This document shows, in pieces, positions 53,307 to 63,205 of a DNA stretch of 64,000 nt. This DNA comes from Candidatus Nanopelagicales bacterium. GTDB taxonomy: Bacteria; Actinomycetota; Actinomycetes; S36-B12; UBA10799. The first letter of the stretch is position 1; the number at the start of each line of letters is the position of its first letter. The translations under genes were made by a program, and so were the position numbers. The stretch spans positions 187,185-251,184 of the forward strand of contig JAWKJM010000003.1 in NCBI GenBank assembly GCA_041393775.1. Reading direction: 5' to 3'. The notes below the pieces were generated by a model. The model did no database searches and had not been told where the DNA came from. It was given only the letters and a program-made list of their open reading frames with translations.

Positions 53307-54641
53307 TCACCTGTTCGGCGGCGTGTCTGTGGACAACCCTTCGGCGAAGCCGGGCAGATATCGGATCAGTTCCGATCTCACCGCGACGGTGGCGTTGAGC
53401 CCACTGAGCACCCCGACCAGTCCCAGCCAGACCCGATGGGTGAACAGTTGCTCAGCGGGCATGTTCATCCGCAGCGCGACAGCGAAGTCCGGATTGCGCG
53501 GGTCGTTGATCCGGCCGAACTCACCACGCAGCCACTCCCGCGAATACGTGAACGTCTCGTGACGAGCGGGCTCGGTGAACGGTGACAGGTAGTCGGTCAG
53601 CTTGTCGACCTCCAGATGCTTGCCCGGACGGATGAAGCCGTCGGCGCGCAGCCTGCTTTCCACCGCTTGCTCGTCGCCGACGAGCATCCCGGCGATGAGC
53701 CGGCCGAACGTCTCCGGAAGCCCGCCGGGCGTCTGCAGCACGGATCCGAAATCGAGCACCCCCAGCCGCCCCGATGTCAGGCGGAAGTTGCCCGGGTGCG
53801 GATCGGTGTGCAGCAGGCCCACCTTGCCCGGACTGACCAGGAAGAACCGCTGGTACAGCTGACCGGCCAAGTCCCGATCGGCCCGCGAGCCGTCCCGCGC
53901 CAGATGTGCGAAGTCGGTCCCTGGCAGCCAGTCGGACACCATCACGCGGCGCGTGGCAGTGATCACCGTGGGCACGACGACTTCGGGATCGGCGGCATAG
54001 GCGTCCGCGAATCGGTTCTGGCGTCGGCCCTCGAGCCGGTAGTCGAGCTCCTCGCGCAGCCGGGTGCGCAGTTCGGCGACCAACGGCGGCGTCGCCATTC
54101 CCCGCGCCACGAGCGAAGTCGCCCGCAGCGCCCACGACAGCGCCCGCACGTCGGAGGCCATCGCATCGGCGATGCCCGGGTACTGGATCTTGACGGCCAC
54201 CTCGCGGCCGTCGCGGAGCGCCGCCCGGTGGACCTGGCCGATGGACGCCGCCGCCACGGCTTGCTCGTCGAACCGCGCGAACTGCTCGCGCCAGTCCACT
54301 CCGAGGTCGGCGCGCAGCACGGGTTCGACCTCTGGCAGGGGCAGCCCGGGATTGTCCTGCTGCATCGCCGTCAAGGCGGCCCGCCAACTCCCGTCCGGGT
54401 CCTGCGGGAACAGTGTCTCCACCGTCGACAGCAACTGCCCGGCCTTCAGGACACCGCCCTTGAGCTCGCCCAGGACCCGGCGGGTGTCCGCCGCAGTCGC
54501 TGCCCGCGCCCGATCCGCGGCCGCCTGCCGGTCACCTCCCCGCAGCACTTGCCAGCGGATTCCGGCGGAACGGCCAAGCGCCCGCAGTGGCAACATCGCC
54601 ATGCTCGTCGACCGGCGCAGGCCCGAAGTGGACAGGGGCAC
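53307..54641 (-). CDS. ABC1/UbiB-family atypical kinase
   Basis: AAASIGQVHRA...EVAVKIQYPG motifs; start uncertain. Confidence 0.8.
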   Translation of the reverse strand: MPLSTSGLRRSTSMAMLPLRALGRSAGIRWQVLRGGDRQAAADRARAATAADTRRVLGELKGGVLKAGQLLSTVETLFPQDPDGSWRAALTAMQQDNPGLPLPEVEPVLRADLGVDWREQFARFDEQAVAAASIGQVHRAALRDGREVAVKIQYPGIADAMASDVRALSWALRATSLVARGMATPPLVAELRTRLREELDYRLEGRRQNRFADAYAADPEVVVPTVITATRRVMVSDWLPGTDFAHLARDGSRADRDLAGQLYQRFFLVSPGKVGLLHTDPHPGNFRLTSGRLGVLDFGSVLQTPGGLPETFGRLIAGMLVGDEQAVESRLRADGFIRPGKHLEVDKLTDYLSPFTEPARHETFTYSREWLRGEFGRINDPRNPDFAVALRMNMPAEQLFTHRVWLGLVGVLSGLNATVAVRSELIRYLPGFAEGLSTDTPPNR

Positions 54642-54662
54642 AGGGCAAGTATCGCCTGCGCC

Positions 54663-55442
54663 TCAGCCGACCAGTGCCGCCACGTTCTCGGTGCCTGCGG
54701 CCATGGCCGCGCAGTAGAACCGCACCCATTGCTCGACGCCGTCCGCGCCACCGCTCGCGTAGTCGCGCAGCGCACGCGCGTAGGCGGGGCGGCCCTGGGC
54801 ATGCAGCCCCGCTTCAGGCACCGACCAGTTGTCCGGGTCCACCCCCCGCCCGCCGAGCAGCAGCCGGTCCACGGCCCGTGCGATCAGACCGCTGCCGTAG
54901 GTGAAGGCCTGCAGCGTCATGAGCTCGGCATGCACCACGGCAGCGACCACGAGTGCCGGCGCCTGCGTGGGGCGCGTGAGCCCGGTCGCCAGTCCCGCCA
55001 GCCTGGCTGGCACCTCCTCGGCGGGAGGCTCCACCCCGAGTCGTAGGGGGTCTTCGGCAACCCCGGTGCGCGGTCTGCCGACATCGTCCGGGGTGACCGG
55101 CACCGCCACCAGGGTGTGGAGTCTGGCCAGTGCTTGCGCCGGGGCTGTCTGCCACACGGGTTGCACGGCTGGGAGTTGGGCGTACATGGCGACCACGCCC
55201 CCAGCCGCACGGCCCATCGCGGTGTCGTCCGCGGCCTGACCAGCCTCCCACACCCGCCACTCGATCTCGATGCCGTCGATACCCGCCGAGCTCGCGGCGC
55301 CGGCCAGCGCGGACCGGCGCGAGACCTCCTCGGCGTTTGCCCGCAGTTGACGGTCCCAGAGCATCGCATCGAATGCCGCCCGTGCGGCAGTGGCGCTCTC
55401 GGCGACCCCCGGCAATGCCGCCACCCGGGCGAAGGCGTCCAC
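54663..55442 (-). CDS. Hypothetical protein, possibly a degenerate Fic fold
   Basis: 259-aa ORF; the HAELMTLQAFTYGSGLIARA segment loosely resembles the Fic HPFxDGNGRxxR region but lacks the catalytic His. Confidence 0.55.
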   Translation of the reverse strand: MDAFARVAALPGVAESATAARAAFDAMLWDRQLRANAEEVSRRSALAGAASSAGIDGIEIEWRVWEAGQAADDTAMGRAAGGVVAMYAQLPAVQPVWQTAPAQALARLHTLVAVPVTPDDVGRPRTGVAEDPLRLGVEPPAEEVPARLAGLATGLTRPTQAPALVVAAVVHAELMTLQAFTYGSGLIARAVDRLLLGGRGVDPDNWSVPEAGLHAQGRPAYARALRDYASGGADGVEQWVRFYCAAMAAGTENVAALVG

Positions 55443-55735
55443 GTCTCGACGCTACCCGCACCGCTACCCGGCCTGCTCGCCGCGTGGTTGTCGTCGCCCG
55501 AACGATGCGTTCGGGAACATCCGGGCGCTACGCGGTTGTCCGACCTGCTCCGGTGTCGCGAAGTCACCCGGACACGCCGGCGTGACGCGCCGACTCCACC
55601 AGCACGGCATGGTTGGACCAGGATCTGCCGCGTGTCGCAGTCCCGGTCACCGATTCGCTGTACCGCCGGACCGGATCCGGTTGCACCTGCCCGCCAACAC
55701 CTGATCGGATAGGGAGAACACCACAAGGAGGCCGC

Positions 55736-57679
55736 ATGTCCGACGAGGCGCTCGAGAACCTGCTCCACGAGGGGCGTAACTTCCCACCGAACCCGCAGTT
55801 CGCCGCCCAGGCGAACGGGAAAGCCGACCTCTATGAGCAGGCAGCGGCCGACCGGCTCAGCTTCTGGGACACCCAGGCGCGGCGACTGCAGTGGCAGACG
55901 CCATGGGAACAGACCCTTGATTGGTCGGACGCACCGTTCGCCAAATGGTTCGTGGGCGGCCGGCTCAATGTGGCCGTGAACTGCGTGGACCGCCATGTCG
56001 AAGCAGGCTTCGGGGACAAGGTCGCCATCCACTTCGAGGGCGAACCCGGGGACACCCGTAGCGTGACCTACGCCGACCTGCGGGACCAGGTCAACAAGGC
56101 CGCCAATACCCTCACGGGCCTGGGGGTGCGGGCCGGTGACCGGGTGGCGATCTACCTGCCGATGATCCCGGAGGCCGCGATCGCGATGCTGGCATGCGCC
56201 CGGATCGGTGCGGTGCACTCCGTGGTGTTCGGTGGGTTCAGCGCCGAAGCCCTGCGAACGCGCATCGACGACGCCGAGGCGAAAGTCGTCATCACCGCGG
56301 ACGGCGGTTACCGGCGCGGGTCGCCTTCGGCACTCAAGCCGGCGGTGGACGAGGCCGTCGAGCACTGCCCCTCGGTGACTGCCGTGCTCGTCGTTCGGCG
56401 CACCGGACAGGACGTGGGGTGGACCGACAAGGACCTCTGGTGGCACGAGGTGGTCGACGCCGCCAATCCCGAGCACACAGCAGAGGCCTTCGACGCCGAA
56501 CATCCGCTGTTCATCCTCTACACCTCCGGCACGACCGGCAAGCCCAAAGGGATCCTGCACACCACCGGCGGCTACCTCACCCAGGCCGCATACACGCATT
56601 ACAACGTCTTCGACCTCAAGGACGACGACGTCTACTGGTGCACCGCGGACGTCGGCTGGGTGACCGGCCACAGTTACATCGTCTACGGCCCGCTGGCCAA
56701 CGGTGCGACCCAAGTCATGTACGAGGGCACCCCGGACACCCCGGACAGGGGTCGTTGGTGGGACATCATCCAGAAGTACCGCGTCACCCTGCTGTACACC
56801 GCACCCACTGCGATCCGCACGTTCATGAAGTGGGGCAACGACATCCCGGCGCAATACGACCTGTCCTCGCTGCGCCTGCTCGGCAGTGTCGGTGAGCCAA
56901 TCAACCCGGAGGCCTGGATCTGGTACCGCGACCACATCGGCGGCGGGGACGTGCCGATCGTGGACACCTGGTGGCAGACCGAGACCGGTGCCATGATGAT
57001 CAGCCCACTGCCGGGCGTCACCGCCTGCAAGCCCGGATCGGCCATGGGACCGCTGCCCGGGATCAGCGCCGAAGTCGTCGACGACCACGGCGAGCCGGTG
57101 GGTGCTGGCGGCGGTGGTTACCTGGTGCTCAGCGAGCCGTGGCCGTCGATGCTGCGCGGGATCTGGGGTGACGATCAGCGCTACCGGGACACCTACTGGC
57201 TGCGGTGGCCCCAGTACTACTTCGCCGGCGACGGGGCGAAGTACGACGAGGACGGCGCGATCTGGCTGCTGGGCCGGGTCGATGACGTGATGAACGTGTC
57301 GGGTCACCGGATCTCGACCACGGAGGTGGAATCGGCCCTGGTTTCCCACCCCCTCGTGGCCGAGGCGGCCGTCGTCGGCGCCACCGACGAGACCACCGGC
57401 CAGGGGATCGTCGCCTTCGTCATCCTCCGCACGGACATGGCCGCCGGTGAGGACGCCGTGGCCGAACTGCGCGCACACGTCGCTGCGGAGATCGGCCCGA
57501 TCGCGAAACCGCGCCAGATCATGCTGGTCAACGAACTGCCGAAGACCCGCTCGGGCAAGATCATGCGCCGACTGCTGCGGGATGTGGCCGAACACCGCGA
57601 CCTCGGCGATGTCACGACGCTGGCCGACCCGTCGGTCATGAACCTGATCAGTGAGGGCCTGGACAAAGGTGGCGACTAG
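55736..57679 (+). CDS. acs: Acetyl-CoA synthetase
   Basis: [14 protein letters not shown]-binding motif and full-length Acs pattern; AAGGAGG RBS. Confidence 0.95.
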   Translation: MSDEALENLLHEGRNFPPNPQFAAQANGKADLYEQAAADRLSFWDTQARRLQWQTPWEQTLDWSDAPFAKWFVGGRLNVAVNCVDRHVEAGFGDKVAIHFEGEPGDTRSVTYADLRDQVNKAANTLTGLGVRAGDRVAIYLPMIPEAAIAMLACARIGAVHSVVFGGFSAEALRTRIDDAEAKVVITADGGYRRGSPSALKPAVDEAVEHCPSVTAVLVVRRTGQDVGWTDKDLWWHEVVDAANPEHTAEAFDAEHPLFILYTSGTTGKPKGILHTTGGYLTQAAYTHYNVFDLKDDDVYWCTADVGWVTGHSYIVYGPLANGATQVMYEGTPDTPDRGRWWDIIQKYRVTLLYTAPTAIRTFMKWGNDIPAQYDLSSLRLLGSVGEPINPEAWIWYRDHIGGGDVPIVDTWWQTETGAMMISPLPGVTACKPGSAMGPLPGISAEVVDDHGEPVGAGGGGYLVLSEPWPSMLRGIWGDDQRYRDTYWLRWPQYYFAGDGAKYDEDGAIWLLGRVDDVMNVSGHRISTTEVESALVSHPLVAEAAVVGATDETTGQGIVAFVILRTDMAAGEDAVAELRAHVAAEIGPIAKPRQIMLVNELPKTRSGKIMRRLLRDVAEHRDLGDVTTLADPSVMNLISEGLDKGGD

Positions 57680-57698
57680 CGACCACCCCCGTGCCGGC

Positions 57699-58970
57699 AT
57701 GTTCGAGCGGTTGCCGCTGACCGAACGGGTCTGGGTCCTACGACAGCTCAAGGACGAGACCGTCGGCGGCGCCCTTCTCATCCTGGCGGCAACAGTCGCT
57801 CTGGTCTGGGCCAACTCGCCATGGGGCGACGTGTACCAGGAGATCAACGACTTCAAGATCGGGCCCGAGGCGCTCAACCTGCACCTGTCGCTGAACACCT
57901 GGGCCGCGGACGGCCTGCTCGCGATCTTCTTCTTCGTCGCCGGTCTGGAGTTGAAGCACGAGTTGGTGAAGGGGTCGTTGAGCCGTGTCTCGCAGGCCGC
58001 TGTCCCGGTGGCCGCCGCGTTGGGCGGGATGATCGTGCCGGCCGGCATCTACGCCGTCGTCAACCTGACCGCCCAGGGGGGACAACCCAAGGGCTGGGGC
58101 ATCCCGATGGCCACCGACATCGCCTTCGCGCTGGCGGTGCTCGCCGTGGCCGGGCGGCAGTTGCCGGTGGCGCTGCGGGCATTCCTGCTGACGCTGGCGG
58201 TGGTCGACGACCTCGGTGCGATCACGGTGATCGCGGTCTTCTACTCCGAGAAGTTCCATGCCCTCGCATTCGTGGGATCGCTGCTGTGCATGCTCGGCTA
58301 TTGGCTGGCGCAGCGTGCCCGGGTCCGCAGCCCGTGGCTGTACATACCCCTGGCACTGGCCACCTGGGTCCTCATGCACGAGGCCGGGGTGCACGCCACA
58401 GTCGCCGGTGTGGCACTGGCGATGCTCACCCGGATCAAGGAGGATCCCGGTGAGGCGGAGGCCCCCGCCGAACGCATGCAGCACCTGTTGCATCCCCTTT
58501 CAGCCGGTTTCTGCGTCCCGGTCTTCGCCTTCTTCGCCGCTGGGATCGACCTGCGCGGTCAGAGCATCGCCAGCGCTGTCGAGAACCCGGTGGCGATCGG
58601 CGTCATCCTGGGACTGGTCGTCGGCAAACCGATCGGGGTACTGCTCGGCGCGAGCGTGACCGCGAGGTTCACCCGTGCATCGCTGGCCAAAGGACTGTCC
58701 TGGCTGGATGTCGCGGCAGTCGGGTTGCTGGCCGGGATCGGCTTCACCGTGTCGCTGCTGATCGCCGAGCTCGCCTTCGAATACGGGTCGGAGGACCAGG
58801 AGTACGCCAAGGTCGCCGTGCTTGCTGCGAGTCTGCTGGCAGCATCGCTGGCCATCGTGGCCCTGCGCATCCGGGCCCGCTCGTACCGCCTGATGTACGA
58901 GGAGGAAGAGGTCGACGGGGACCAGGATGGCATTCCGGATGTCTACAACAGCGAGCGCGGACTACCCTGA
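57699..58970 (+). CDS. nhaA: Na+/H+ antiporter NhaA
   Basis: PMATDIAFALAVLAV and FLLTLAVVDDLGAI motifs. Confidence 0.9.
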   Translation: MFERLPLTERVWVLRQLKDETVGGALLILAATVALVWANSPWGDVYQEINDFKIGPEALNLHLSLNTWAADGLLAIFFFVAGLELKHELVKGSLSRVSQAAVPVAAALGGMIVPAGIYAVVNLTAQGGQPKGWGIPMATDIAFALAVLAVAGRQLPVALRAFLLTLAVVDDLGAITVIAVFYSEKFHALAFVGSLLCMLGYWLAQRARVRSPWLYIPLALATWVLMHEAGVHATVAGVALAMLTRIKEDPGEAEAPAERMQHLLHPLSAGFCVPVFAFFAAGIDLRGQSIASAVENPVAIGVILGLVVGKPIGVLLGASVTARFTRASLAKGLSWLDVAAVGLLAGIGFTVSLLIAELAFEYGSEDQEYAKVAVLAASLLAASLAIVALRIRARSYRLMYEEEEVDGDQDGIPDVYNSERGLP

Positions 58971-58974
58971 TCCC

Positions 58975-59364
58975 ATGGCGATTGACACCAAGCAGACCGA
59001 GCCCGGCATCATCGAACTGGTGCGCTCCGCGGCCGCCGACACCACTGAGTTGGTCAAGCAGCAGATCGAATTGACCAAGGCGGAGGTCAAGGAGAACGTC
59101 CAGAAGGCGGGATCGTCCTTCGGCATGATCGCGGTCGGCGCCTCGATCGTCCTCGTGGGGTTGCTCTTCCTGCTCGTGACCATCGCCTACGTACTGGTCG
59201 AACTGGGACTGCCCGTGTGGGCCGGGTTCGGCATCGTCACGCTCTTCCTGCTCATCGTGGGCGCGATCATCACCGTGGTCGGCATCCGCCGCGCGAAGAC
59301 CGTGCAGGGCCCGGAGCGCTCGATGGCGGCCCTGGACGCGACCAAGTCCACGCTGCGCGGCTAA
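58975..59364 (+). CDS. Holin-X/DUF1469-like membrane protein
   Basis: N-terminal amphipathic helix (ELVKQQIELTKAEVKE) followed by two TM helices. Confidence 0.6.
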   Translation: MAIDTKQTEPGIIELVRSAAADTTELVKQQIELTKAEVKENVQKAGSSFGMIAVGASIVLVGLLFLLVTIAYVLVELGLPVWAGFGIVTLFLLIVGAIITVVGIRRAKTVQGPERSMAALDATKSTLRG

Positions 59365-59369
59365 CCCTC

Positions 59370-60287
59370 GTGCCTCTTGCGGTCACGCCGTACGAGGCGA
59401 TCCATACCTCCGGGCCGTGGACCCATCGCCTGGTTTCGGCCAATGGCGCCCAGTTCCATCTCGTCGAGGCCGGTGCCGGACCATTGGTCGTCCTGCTGCA
59501 CGGGTTCCCGCAGTTCTGGTGGGCGTGGCGCCACTACTTGCCCGCTCTCGCGGACGGGGGCTACCGGGTCGCGGCCATGGACCTGCGTGGGTACGCAGGT
59601 TCGGACCACTCACCGCGCGGCTACGACCCGACGACGCTGTCCAACGACGTCTTGGGCGTGATCGCCTGCCTGGGCGAACAGCGCGCGACCGTCGTCGGGC
59701 ACGGCTGGGGCGCTCACATCGGGTGGACGGCAGCCCGGCGCTCCCGGATGGTCAGGGCGCTGGCGGCCATGTCGGCCCCGCATCCGGTGCGGCTGCGCGA
59801 GGCCGCCCGGATGCAGCCGCAGGTCAAGGCCTGGCGCTACGCCCTGCGGTATCAGTGGCCCTGGTTGCCCGAACGCGATTTCGCCGCTGAAGACGCAGTG
59901 CGGGTGGCCGAGGTCCTGAGCGGCTGGTCGAAGCAGCAGGACTGGCTGACGCCGGGAGTCGCCGATCGGTTCCGGGCAGCGTTCCTCGAGTCGAACACCG
60001 CGCACTGCGCGATGGAGTACCACCGCTGGGCGTGGCGCAGCCTCGTGCGCGCCGATGGCCGCCGGTTCAACACTTTGATGGCGGCCGAGCCCATCCGGCA
60101 GCCTGTCCTGCACATCCAGGGCCGGCAGGACCCGACGGTGCTGCCGGAGACCACGACCGGCAGCGATGCGTACGTTGAGGGTCCGTATCAGCTGGAGGCG
60201 ATCGACGACTGCGGCCACTTCCCCCATGAGGAACGCGCCGAGGTGGTTCTGCCACTGCTGCTTCAGTGGCTCGCAACGCACGACTAG
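59370..60287 (+). CDS. Epoxide-hydrolase-like alpha/beta hydrolase (EphE position); nucleophile position is Gly
   Basis: HGFPQFWWAWRH oxyanion motif and CGHFPHEE catalytic His region; the elbow reads VVGHGWGA rather than GHDWG. Confidence 0.75.
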   Translation: MPLAVTPYEAIHTSGPWTHRLVSANGAQFHLVEAGAGPLVVLLHGFPQFWWAWRHYLPALADGGYRVAAMDLRGYAGSDHSPRGYDPTTLSNDVLGVIACLGEQRATVVGHGWGAHIGWTAARRSRMVRALAAMSAPHPVRLREAARMQPQVKAWRYALRYQWPWLPERDFAAEDAVRVAEVLSGWSKQQDWLTPGVADRFRAAFLESNTAHCAMEYHRWAWRSLVRADGRRFNTLMAAEPIRQPVLHIQGRQDPTVLPETTTGSDAYVEGPYQLEAIDDCGHFPHEERAEVVLPLLLQWLATHD

Positions 60288-60312
60288 GAGCGCGAACTGC
60301 TCTGGCGCCGCC

Positions 60313-60453
60313 CCCTCCATCCTCTGGCCGTCGGGCAGGTGTCTGGCCAGCAGATGGAGGTCCAAAGCAGACATATGCCCCAAAACACCTCGATCGCCCT
60401 CCATCTCCTGGCCGATCGAGGGAAACCGGCCACCGGGCGGCCAGCAGATGGAG
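60313..60453. repeat. Two tandem copies of a hairpin-forming inverted repeat in a convergent intergenic region
   Basis: CCTCCATCCTCTGGCC (60313-60328) pairs with GGCCAGCAGATGGAGG (60344-60359); CCTCCATCTCCTGGCC (60397-60412) pairs with GGCCAGCAGATGGAGG (60438-60453). Confidence 0.8.
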
Positions 60454-60523
60454 GCGCTGCGGACACCATGTTCCACGGGGAAGCCGGTGCATCATTCGTG
60501 GCCGCGACGTCCGGGCACCCCGC

Positions 60524-61711
60524 CTATCGCGAGCAGGTACCCGTCGATACCGGAACCACCTCGTCGGAGGCCGTCCGCAGGGCCTGTCCGACGGCCTTGA
60601 GGGTCAGGGCGAAGCCGGTGCGCTTGTACTGCTGAGAACTCGCGAAGACGATGCCGGCGTAGCGGCCGCCTCGGGTGAGCAGTGGCCCGCCCGAGTTTCC
60701 CGGGATCACCCGTCCGCGAACGACGAAGATCTCCCGCGGTTTGGTGGGACTGCCGTAGATGTTGTCGGAGAAGACCGGGCTCTCAGACGTGCGGGTGACC
60801 ACACGGGCGCTGCGCAGGTCCAGCGGGCCGCCACCCGGATAGCCGGCGATGACCGCGGCATCGGCGTCATCGACGGACCGCGCGGCCAGCAGTGGGGTCA
60901 CGCCCAGACCGGGGACGAACAACACGGCCACGTCGAGGTCGGCGTTGAAGTACACGACATCGGCGCCCCACGAGCGGCCGTCGGATGCCGTCACCCTGAC
61001 CTGGCTCATCCCCGCGACGACGTGCGCGTTCGTGGCGATCCGGTCGGTTGCGTACACGAAGCCGGACCCGGTGGACCCCTGGCCGCACGCCGGGGTCGGG
61101 CCCGAGACGCGCAGCACGGACTGGCTGGCGACCACGGCCTCCTGCGAGACGCTCTTGGGCGGCTTGGGGACCCTGTTGCCGGGCAGGCCCTCGAGCCCGA
61201 AGAAGACCTCCGGCAGGTGGACCTGGTCCAGGAGTCTGCGCACGGAGTAGGCCAAGTCGGTGGCCTGAGCCGGCACCAGCCGCTCGACCTGCGCGAGAAC
61301 CGTCGAGGACCGCACCGCTGACGACAGGGCCGGGGACGGCATCGAAGCCAGAGTCGCGGCGAGCAGCCACATCACGACGAGACCGGCGACGAGGCTGACC
61401 AGGGCACCGGCAGCGGCATCCACCACCCGGACCGGACCCACACTCAGGACTCTCCACAGCGGTCTGCCCAATGCGAGGACCAGGGCGTTGCCGATTCCGA
61501 CCCCGGCGAGGACCACGCCGACGCTCACCGCCGCAGCAGCGGGTCCCAGGGCACCGAGATGACTCAGGATCCAGGGCAGACTCGCCGCGGCCACCAGTCC
61601 GCCGCCCACCGTGCCGACCACGGACAGCACGCTGCGGACCAGGCCCTGATGCCACCCGATGAGCGACACCAGCGCGAGCACGCCGAGGACGACCAGATCC
61701 ACTACCCCCAT
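60524..61711 (-). CDS. marP: MarP-family membrane serine protease (CvpA N-terminus plus trypsin-like domain)
   Basis: Four N-terminal TM helices; C-terminal GNSGGPLL serine-protease motif. Confidence 0.85.
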   Translation of the reverse strand: MGVVDLVVLGVLALVSLIGWHQGLVRSVLSVVGTVGGGLVAAASLPWILSHLGALGPAAAAVSVGVVLAGVGIGNALVLALGRPLWRVLSVGPVRVVDAAAGALVSLVAGLVVMWLLAATLASMPSPALSSAVRSSTVLAQVERLVPAQATDLAYSVRRLLDQVHLPEVFFGLEGLPGNRVPKPPKSVSQEAVVASQSVLRVSGPTPACGQGSTGSGFVYATDRIATNAHVVAGMSQVRVTASDGRSWGADVVYFNADLDVAVLFVPGLGVTPLLAARSVDDADAAVIAGYPGGGPLDLRSARVVTRTSESPVFSDNIYGSPTKPREIFVVRGRVIPGNSGGPLLTRGGRYAGIVFASSQQYKRTGFALTLKAVGQALRTASDEVVPVSTGTCSR

Positions 61712-61736
61712 GGGGGGATCCGATCGTGAGCGCGCT

Positions 61737-62369
61737 TCAGCCTGTCCATCCGATCTCCACGATACGACTGCTGTCCCAGGCGCGCTCCCAGCCGGCCAGG
61801 CTCAGGATGCGGTCCAGCAACAACCCGGTGAACCCCCAGACCAGCATGTCCTGCACCGTGAAGCCGGGCCCGACGTAGCCACTGGGATGGCGCACACTGA
61901 CCCGGTGCTGCGGGTCCGTGAGGTCGTGGATGGGCACCCGGTGCACGGAGGCCACCTCGGCGGGGTCCATGGCGCTGATCGGTGAGACCGTTTCCCACCA
62001 GGCCAGTACCGGCGTCACGACGAACCCGCTGGGCGGCAACCACAACGCCGGCAGCTCGTGGATGACGCGCACCCCGGCTGGATCGAGTCCGGTCTCTTCG
62101 TGGGCCTCCCGCAGGGCAGCTGCCACCGGACCGCTGTCCCCGGGGTCCTGCGCCCCGCCGGGGAAGGCCGGCTGGCCGGCGTGCGAGCGCATGTCCGCGG
62201 CCCGCTGGATGAGCAGGACGTCCGGTCCCTGATCGCCCTCGCCGAACAGGATCAGCACCGCCGACTGCCTCCCGCCGTCGTCGGGGGGCGTGAACCGGGC
62301 CAGCGCCTCCACGTCGAGATCGACGGTCGCCGTCACCAGTGGCTGCAACCACGCGGGTACCCCGGTCAT
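61737..62369 (-). CDS. NUDIX hydrolase (CoA pyrophosphatase-like)
   Basis: GQPAFPGGAQDPGDSGPVAAALREAHEETGL Nudix box; ATGA overlap with nth. Confidence 0.85.
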   Translation of the reverse strand: MTGVPAWLQPLVTATVDLDVEALARFTPPDDGGRQSAVLILFGEGDQGPDVLLIQRAADMRSHAGQPAFPGGAQDPGDSGPVAAALREAHEETGLDPAGVRVIHELPALWLPPSGFVVTPVLAWWETVSPISAMDPAEVASVHRVPIHDLTDPQHRVSVRHPSGYVGPGFTVQDMLVWGFTGLLLDRILSLAGWERAWDSSRIVEIGWTG

Positions 62370-63058
62370 GGTCGTTTGATCATCTTCTCGGCCCGCTGAA
62401 CGTCCTGCTCCCCGATGTCGTGGGAGGGGCACAACCTCGCCACCGGACAGGCCGCACACGCGGGCCTGCGAGCGAAGCAGCAGCGGCGGCCGTGGAAGAT
62501 CAGCCGGTGGGACACCATCGTGCGGTCCTTGCGCTTGAACAGTGCGTCGAGGTCGTACTCGATTCGCACGGGGTCCGTGTTGACGGTCCAGCCCAGCCTC
62601 TGCGACAACCTCGTCACATGGGTGTCAACCGTGAATCCGGGCTGATCGAAGGCGTTGCCGCGGACGACGTGGGCCGTCTTGCGCCCCACACCCGGCAGTT
62701 TCGTCAGGGCCGACATGGGCCGCGGGATCTCACCGGAGTACTTCTCGCACACCATCGCTGCCATCGCCTGCAGCGATGTGGCCTTATTCCGGAAGAACCC
62801 GGTCGACCGGATCATGTCCTCGAGCTCCATGCGGTCGGCCGCCGCCATCGCCGCGGGATCCGGGTAGCGGGCGAACAGCGCCGGCGTCACCTGATTGACC
62901 CGCTCGTCGGTGCATTGGGCGCTCAGAATCGTGGCCACCAACAGTTCGTACGGGTTGCGGAACTGCAGTTCGCAGTGCGCGTTGGGATAGACCTCCTGCA
63001 GGATGCGATCCACGGCCCGGGCGCGACGCACTAGTGCCACCGGCGGGCGTTGGTCCAT
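62366..63058 (-). CDS. nth: Endonuclease III
   Basis: HhH-GPD (LPGVGRKTA) and C-terminal CX6CX2CX5C [4Fe-4S] motif; start at ATG 63058. Confidence 0.9.
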   Translation of the reverse strand: MDQRPPVALVRRARAVDRILQEVYPNAHCELQFRNPYELLVATILSAQCTDERVNQVTPALFARYPDPAAMAAADRMELEDMIRSTGFFRNKATSLQAMAAMVCEKYSGEIPRPMSALTKLPGVGRKTAHVVRGNAFDQPGFTVDTHVTRLSQRLGWTVNTDPVRIEYDLDALFKRKDRTMVSHRLIFHGRRCCFARRPACAACPVARLCPSHDIGEQDVQRAEKMIKRP

Positions 63059-63205
63059 CGGACCAGAGTACGCGCCCACGTCACCTGCGCTCCCCGTCAC
63101 CGGTACCGCCCGCTGCCGTCCACCACCCGGATGGGCGTCACCCAGCCTGGGCAACCACACCTTCGAGCGGTAAACAGGCCGGAACTTCGCACCGATAGAG
63201 GATCC

